From Bacteroidota bacterium (GTDB lineage Bacteria; Bacteroidota; Ignavibacteria; Kapaibacteriales; UBA2268), in the NCBI GenBank assembly GCA_022707965.1, contig JAKIZO010000002.1, positions 33,841-97,840 on the forward strand: a stretch of DNA of 64,000 nt. The letters are read 5' to 3'. The position numbers and the translations under genes were made by a program. The notes beneath the pieces were generated by a model, which saw only the letters and a list, made by a program, of their open reading frames with translations, was not told the DNA's origin and made no database searches. Each line of letters starts with the position of its first letter. Position 1 is the stretch's first letter. Shown one piece after another: positions 58,820 through 64,000 of the stretch.

Positions 58820-60190
58820 TTATTTTACCACTTCAACAAGTTTCTTGCCGATTTCGCCTGTTTTTAAATCAAGTGTGAAATTATAATCGTCGGGTTCTAA
58901 GTCTTGAAACATTCCTTCCATCAGCATAATCAACCCCATAAGCTGCGGATTGGAAGCCATCGCAGATTTTGCCTGCGATATTTTCAGCTGAATTTCCTGA
59001 GTGTAGAATTGGTCTTCGTTGCCGTGCGAATACGCTTTGTATGCTTCTAATACAATTGGCGAAAGCACCGCAATTGCCTCATCGGGCAGTCCCATCTGCT
59101 TCAAATACGATTGAATAATCGTAGAAAGCCCGTTTGCAAATTGATATTGAGCGTATTCCTGAAAAGAACGTCCTTTTGTGTCGTAATTTATGCTTGTGAT
59201 TTTCTCGGAAGTAACCTGCATAACGCGATTTTTGTCTATGGTAACTCGACGAATTGCACAAGGAAAAGTAACAGTAGAACTTGTTTGCAAATCAACCAGA
59301 AAATTGCTGCCCGAACGGTAAATTCTTGCATCGTGTGCGTGATGATGCCCCGAAAATATCACGCTTAGCCCGTTTTCGGCAAATGTTTTGGCGACCAGTT
59401 CCCAGTTGTCGAGAACATATTCGCTGAAAAGCATCTTCTGCCCAACGAAATGCTCGACAACGTTGTGGTGGATTGCTCCAATCATCAATTTATTCTTTTG
59501 CTTGCCTTCTGCAAGTTTTTCTTTTATCCAGTTGAAGGTTGCTTCGCCGAAAATGCCACCAGTAACTGAGTGCGCTTTGCCTGCATTTTCTCTCCAACGG
59601 CAAGCATCAAGGCAAAACAGCCACACCCCATCGACAGGTTCAGCAATGTAAGTGAGCGAGCCGTTGGGGTCGATTGCAATAGCATTTTTGTAGCCAAAAT
59701 CAGCATATATGCTTTTAAATTGCTCGGCACTAACATTTGGCACTTTCACCGGCGCAGCTCCTGGATAAGAATATGATGCAGGGTTATCGACATCGTGGTT
59801 GCCGGGCAGGACAAACACTTTTTTGCCTTTGTCTTTGAGCTGTTTCAGGTAAGATGCAAACATCTGGTGGCTTTTCAGTTCGCCATCTTTTGTGAGGTCG
59901 CCCGTTACGATGACAATTTTAGAATTGTCGTGGGCAATCATATTGACAACAGACTTAGTAATCGCTTCGCTTTCGGCAATCATTTTTCTGTCTGATGCAA
60001 GATATTGCTCGAATGCTTCGCCGCTTGTGCCAAGAGAATTGTCGTAGAAGTGTGGGTCCGAAAAGATTGAGATTGTGATTAAATTTTCCTCTGTTGGTTC
60101 GGTCGTAGAATTTGCTTCGGTGCAGGAATTTAAGATAAATGCGAAGAATGCTAAAACAAGCATTAAATTGCGTTGAAAAAATGTTTTCAC
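58820..60190 (-). CDS. Secreted calcineurin-like metallophosphoesterase
   Basis: Motifs SDPHF, GDLTKDG, GNHD, GHHH. Signal/lipoprotein-like N-terminus (..ILNSC). Confidence 0.8.
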   Translation of the reverse strand: MKTFFQRNLMLVLAFFAFILNSCTEANSTTEPTEENLITISIFSDPHFYDNSLGTSGEAFEQYLASDRKMIAESEAITKSVVNMIAHDNSKIVIVTGDLTKDGELKSHQMFASYLKQLKDKGKKVFVLPGNHDVDNPASYSYPGAAPVKVPNVSAEQFKSIYADFGYKNAIAIDPNGSLTYIAEPVDGVWLFCLDACRWRENAGKAHSVTGGIFGEATFNWIKEKLAEGKQKNKLMIGAIHHNVVEHFVGQKMLFSEYVLDNWELVAKTFAENGLSVIFSGHHHAHDARIYRSGSNFLVDLQTSSTVTFPCAIRRVTIDKNRVMQVTSEKITSINYDTKGRSFQEYAQYQFANGLSTIIQSYLKQMGLPDEAIAVLSPIVLEAYKAYSHGNEDQFYTQEIQLKISQAKSAMASNPQLMGLIMLMEGMFQDLEPDDYNFTLDLKTGEIGKKLVEVVK

Positions 60191-60379
60191 AGTCTCTTCC
60201 TCAATAATTGAACAAATAGATGTCGCAAAAATATACTGCGAATATGAAGTTAGTAGAAATTTGAAATGAATTAGAAATAAAATTGTGAAATATCCGAAAA
60301 TCGAAGAAATATGCGGGAAAACATAAGGTTGCTTGCTTTTTCTGTTAAAAAATGTTTAATTATATTAAATGCACTTTAT

Positions 60380-60387
60380 TATATTTG
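60380..60387 (+). promoter_or_regulatory. Candidate -7 element (TAnnTTTG) for topA
   Basis: TATATTTG lies 60 nt upstream of the topA ATG. Confidence 0.35.
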
Positions 60388-60447
60388 TTTGATTTAAAAT
60401 ATTATTCTCTTTAATTTATCATTATTTTTATTTTCAGATGAAAAATT

Positions 60448-62754
60448 ATGGCAAAGAAAAAACTTGTAATTGTAGAATCGGCTACCAAATCGAAAACTAT
60501 AAATAAGTATTTGGGCAAAGACTATGTTGTCGAAGCATCAGTTGGTCATATAAAGGATTTGAGCAAATTCAATCTTGGGGTTGATATCAAAAACGGCTTC
60601 GCACCAAAGTATGTAACAATTCCCGGAAAGTCGAAAATTATAAGTAAATTAAAATCGACCGCGGAAAAAGCCGCCGAAGTGCTGATTGCCACCGACCCTG
60701 ACCGCGAAGGTGAAGCAATTGCCTGGCACATTGCCGAAGAAATTAAGCCCGTCAATAGAAATATTAAGCGTATTGTTTTCAATGAAATTACCAAGTCGGG
60801 CATTGAGAAAGGTATTTCGCATCCACGTGCGATAGACGAGCGTATGGTTGATTCGCAGCAAGCTCGCCGGGTGCTGGATAGAATAATCGGTTTTCAGGTG
60901 TCGCCGTTTGTTTCGAATGCGATGATTTCGAAAACTACAAATGCACTGTCTGCGGGACGAGTGCAGTCTGTCGCCTTGCGGCTGATTTGCGAACGCGAGC
61001 AAGAAATTGAAGCTTTCAAGCAAATTGAATACTGGAATATTTTAGGCGACTTCACTGTCGAGGGCAGCACCCCGTTCGAAGCCAAACTTATTGCTTTTCA
61101 TAATAAAGCAATAAAAAATCCCGAAGGTTCTGCCGAAGGCAAAACAGAAGAAGAAACAAAAAAAATACAGGCAAAACTCTCTAAACTTCATTTTGTTCGC
61201 AACAAGGAACAAGCCGAACAACTGATTGCTGAAATTAAGCAAGAAAAGTATAGAATTTCCGACATTAAGACATCGCAGGTCAAGAAAAAGCCTTCCGCTC
61301 CGTTCACAACAAGCACTTTGCAACAGGAAGCCTCGCGAAAACTCGGTTTTGCAAGCAAGAAAACAATGCAAATCGCTCAGCAACTATACGAAGGTGTCGA
61401 TTTCGGCAGCGAAGGGCGAATTGGTTTGATTACCTATATGCGTACTGATTCTGTTCGCACAAGCCCCGAAGCAATCGCATCGGTTCGCAATTTTATAGAA
61501 AAAACTTATGGAAAAGACTATTTGCCTTCGTCGCCAAATCATTTCTCGACGAAATCGGCAAACGTTCAAGATGCTCACGAAGCTATACGCCCAACTTCCG
61601 TCGAAATTACCCCGCAAATAGCCGAAAAGCACCTCACAAAAGACCAGGCAAAACTCTATCTGTTGATTTACAATAGGTTTGTTGCGTCGCAGATGGAAGC
61701 GGCAATTCTTGAACAAACCTCTGTTACAATCGAAGGCGGCAGCTTCCAATTCCGTGCAACGGGAACAATTGTGAAATTCGATGGATTTATGGCTGTCTAT
61801 CAAGATACGCAAGACACCGACAAAGACGACGAAAAAGATGCTTTGCTACCGAAAAATATTGCAAAAAATAAAGATGCGGAACTTGCCGACGCGCAAGCAA
61901 AACAATCATTCACCAAACCACCTGCAAGATACAACGAAGCAAGCCTGGTGAAAGAACTCGATGAGTTAGGTATTGGTCGCCCAAGCACATACGCTCAGAT
62001 TGTTTCTACTTTGACTGAACGCAATTACGTCGAAAAAAGCGGCAAAGCGTTTATTCCAACTGATTTGGGCAAAGATGTAAATGCAATTCTGGTAAGCAAT
62101 TTCCCCGATATTTTCAATGTAGAGTTCACTGCAAAGATGGAAGAAGAACTCGACACAATTGCCGAAGGCAAAAGCACATACGTAGAAGTTCTGACTGACT
62201 TCTACGGACCATTTAGCAAAGCACTGAGCCAAGCAGAACAAAACACAACAGATGTTCATTGCGATGAGTGCGGTGCCCCGATGGTGATAAAGGTTAGCCG
62301 ACGCGGGCGTTTCCTTGCTTGCACTCGCTATCCCGAGTGCACCTTCACCAAGTCCTTGAAGAAAGAGACAAAGCCCGAAATTGCCGAAGGTGTTAGCTGC
62401 GACAAATGCGGCAGTCCGATGGTAATTCGCAAAGGCAAATATGGGAATTTCTACGGTTGCTCGAATTATCCGAAATGCGACGGAACCAAGCCAATAAGTT
62501 CGAGCGTTATTTGTCCGGCTTGCAAGCAAGGGCAACTTGTCGAAAAATACAGCCCTAAATCAAAGAAAAAGTTCTGGGGTTGCTCGACTTATCCAAAATG
62601 CAATTTTATCACAAATTACGAACCTGTGGCAAAAGAATGCCCCGAGTGCGGCAATTATTATTTAGAAGTTCGTTATAAGAAAGTAGCTTCGGGCTTCGAA
62701 AAATACCTGCATTGCCCACACTGCAAGGCAAAGTTCGAAGAAAACGCCAATTAG
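60448..62754 (+). CDS. topA: DNA topoisomerase I with four C-terminal Zn ribbons
   Basis: TOPRIM (LVIVESATKSKTI.., DPDREGEAIAWH), active-site Tyr region (ITYMRTDS), and four CxxC..CxxC ribbons. Confidence 0.95.
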   Translation: MAKKKLVIVESATKSKTINKYLGKDYVVEASVGHIKDLSKFNLGVDIKNGFAPKYVTIPGKSKIISKLKSTAEKAAEVLIATDPDREGEAIAWHIAEEIKPVNRNIKRIVFNEITKSGIEKGISHPRAIDERMVDSQQARRVLDRIIGFQVSPFVSNAMISKTTNALSAGRVQSVALRLICEREQEIEAFKQIEYWNILGDFTVEGSTPFEAKLIAFHNKAIKNPEGSAEGKTEEETKKIQAKLSKLHFVRNKEQAEQLIAEIKQEKYRISDIKTSQVKKKPSAPFTTSTLQQEASRKLGFASKKTMQIAQQLYEGVDFGSEGRIGLITYMRTDSVRTSPEAIASVRNFIEKTYGKDYLPSSPNHFSTKSANVQDAHEAIRPTSVEITPQIAEKHLTKDQAKLYLLIYNRFVASQMEAAILEQTSVTIEGGSFQFRATGTIVKFDGFMAVYQDTQDTDKDDEKDALLPKNIAKNKDAELADAQAKQSFTKPPARYNEASLVKELDELGIGRPSTYAQIVSTLTERNYVEKSGKAFIPTDLGKDVNAILVSNFPDIFNVEFTAKMEEELDTIAEGKSTYVEVLTDFYGPFSKALSQAEQNTTDVHCDECGAPMVIKVSRRGRFLACTRYPECTFTKSLKKETKPEIAEGVSCDKCGSPMVIRKGKYGNFYGCSNYPKCDGTKPISSSVICPACKQGQLVEKYSPKSKKKFWGCSTYPKCNFITNYEPVAKECPECGNYYLEVRYKKVASGFEKYLHCPHCKAKFEENAN

Positions 62755-62805
62755 CAATATTTTGGAAAATTAACAGTCTTGAAAATATTATAAATTGAGT
62801 TTGGT

Positions 62806-63150
62806 ATGGAAAATCACGAAGTAAATCAATTAGAGCTCAGTCAGGAAAAGCTGGAAAGCAAAATTCAGTCGAGCTGGCAGCGAGCCGGTCGAAAGATTAT
62901 TGAAACAGCGCTTCAACTTTTCTTTTCGTTTCGCGATAGTGAAACTCCGAACTGGGCAAAAGCAGTAATTTTAGGTGCGCTCGGATATTTCATCACTCCT
63001 GTTGATGCAATACCGGACTTTGCTCCAATGCTTGGCTTCTCGGACGACCTTGCAATGATGCTAAGCGCTCTGGCGGTGGTAGCTATTCACGTTAAAGAAG
63101 AGCACAGGCAAAAGGCTCGTGATATTGCGTCCAAAATTTTCAGGGGTTAG
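62806..63150 (+). CDS. DUF1232 (YkvA-like) membrane protein
   Basis: Signature PVDAIPDFAPMLGFSDDLAM. 114 aa. Confidence 0.7.
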   Translation: MENHEVNQLELSQEKLESKIQSSWQRAGRKIIETALQLFFSFRDSETPNWAKAVILGALGYFITPVDAIPDFAPMLGFSDDLAMMLSALAVVAIHVKEEHRQKARDIASKIFRG

Positions 63151-63190
63151 CCGCGGCAATTTTTACTTGATTTAAGCTTTTTGGGGAAAA

Positions 63191-64000
63191 ATGAAAAATA
63201 AATTTCTGCTGCTGATTATTTGTATTGCCATTCTTTCGGCGTGCCGCACGTATCGACCGACTGATTTCGATTTCATCAAATCAATAGACGACCCGCTCGA
63301 TACCGCTCAAAAGCCTATTTATATCACTTCGACCATTCCAATCGATTCGGCAAATCCCGACCAGATTATCTACGATATTTTCCGAATTGAAATAGACAAA
63401 TATCCCGACACGGTGAAGCTCTACGCACGTGTCTATGATTCGCTCGGGCGGTTTATCACTCAGATGGCAAAGCCATACAAGAAGTCTGAGGAAAATTACT
63501 TTGTCCGGATGCGCGAAACGCTCGGCAAAGTCTATAATACAAGAGATGTCGAAATACCGAACTTTAACGTCCGCGAATTTGGGGCGCTCGATTCCATACC
63601 ATACAATATAGTTCTAACAGTTGATTACAGCGGTTCGATGGACCCGATAATGGGGGCAATTCATCAGGGCGCAGAAATTTTTGTAAAACTAAAATTCCCG
63701 TTCGACCAGATTGCAATAACTACATTTAACAAAGACTTCGATGTAAAAGTGCCGTTCAGCCGCGATACATCTACGATTTTGAATTTATTTCGGGCGAAAC
63801 GCAATCAAGGTTTTGGCTTGTTTAGCGGGATACGCGAAGCAGTTTACAAAGGAATAGAGCTTTTCGAAGGCACCGACCCAACAACCCCGCGCGTGCTCGT
63901 TTTGTTCACCGATGGCGACGAAAACTACTCGAAGCGTGAGGTTGGCGAAATTATCAAAGCCGCAAAAGAAAGCAACGTTAATATATTTTGCGTTGCTTTT
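63191..64000 (+). CDS. VWA-domain lipoprotein, N-terminal part (3' end outside the window)
   Basis: The ORF is open from ATG 63191 to the window end and is not in the supplied track. Lipobox LLIICIAILSAC. MIDAS motif VDYSGSM, later TDGDENYS. Confidence 0.7.
   Translation, partial: MKNKFLLLIICIAILSACRTYRPTDFDFIKSIDDPLDTAQKPIYITSTIPIDSANPDQIIYDIFRIEIDKYPDTVKLYARVYDSLGRFITQMAKPYKKSEENYFVRMRETLGKVYNTRDVEIPNFNVREFGALDSIPYNIVLTVDYSGSMDPIMGAIHQGAEIFVKLKFPFDQIAITTFNKDFDVKVPFSRDTSTILNLFRAKRNQGFGLFSGIREAVYKGIELFEGTDPTTPRVLVLFTDGDENYSKREVGEIIKAAKESNVNIFCVAF

Noticed and set aside
61966-62535. 189-aa ORF on the minus strand
   Set aside because: Antisense shadow ORF within topA.

Overview
This 64 kb window is a gene-dense bacterial chromosomal segment. 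I call about 49 protein-coding genes and found no rRNA gene, tRNA gene, CRISPR array, transposase or integrase. Three proteins carry C-terminal T9SS (Por) sorting domains, and several start codons are preceded by a TAnnTTTG motif, the Bacteroidota-type -7 promoter element. Both point to the FCB group (Bacteroidota, Ignavibacteriota and relatives). I cannot be more precise without a database search.

Most genes are recognisable housekeeping genes:
- Translation, replication and chromatin: lepA, lepB, leuS, prmC, topA, HU.
- Metabolism: gap, queC, pyrB, cdsA, etfBA, an aspartate ammonia-lyase fusion, a carboxyltransferase.
- Envelope and transport: HtrA protease, an exbB-exbD-exbD-tonB operon, a SurA-like isomerase, a patatin-Omp85 outer-membrane protein.

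The accessory content is two compact Type II restriction-modification cassettes on either side of etfBA:
- A beta-class SPPY methyltransferase with a wHTH-HNH nuclease (23294-24774).
- A CcrM/M.HinfI-like methyltransferase with a PD-(D/E)xK nuclease (27351-29391).

The most unusual signal is non-coding. Thirteen intergenic regions carry a modular family of short palindromic repeats with three modules:
- A: GGTAGCACAGACATTCCTGTCTGTG.
- B: AACCTTCGGAAGGTT, usually in inverted pairs.
- C: GTAGGGGC..GCCCCTAC, with a variable but self-complementary core.
These modules combine into composite units of about 115-135 bp, tandem arrays and one inverted doublet. The GTAG-plus-hairpin layout of A and C matches REP/REPIN elements, but no RAYT transposase lies in the window.

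Other points worth a second look:
- A cNMP-binding domain fused to aspartate ammonia-lyase.
- A stand-alone C-terminal half of ClpB whose Shine-Dalgarno sequence sits inside an 11-bp hairpin.
- Phased T8 tracts upstream of the HU gene.

All calls come from reading the sequence and ORF translations. No searches or statistics were run.
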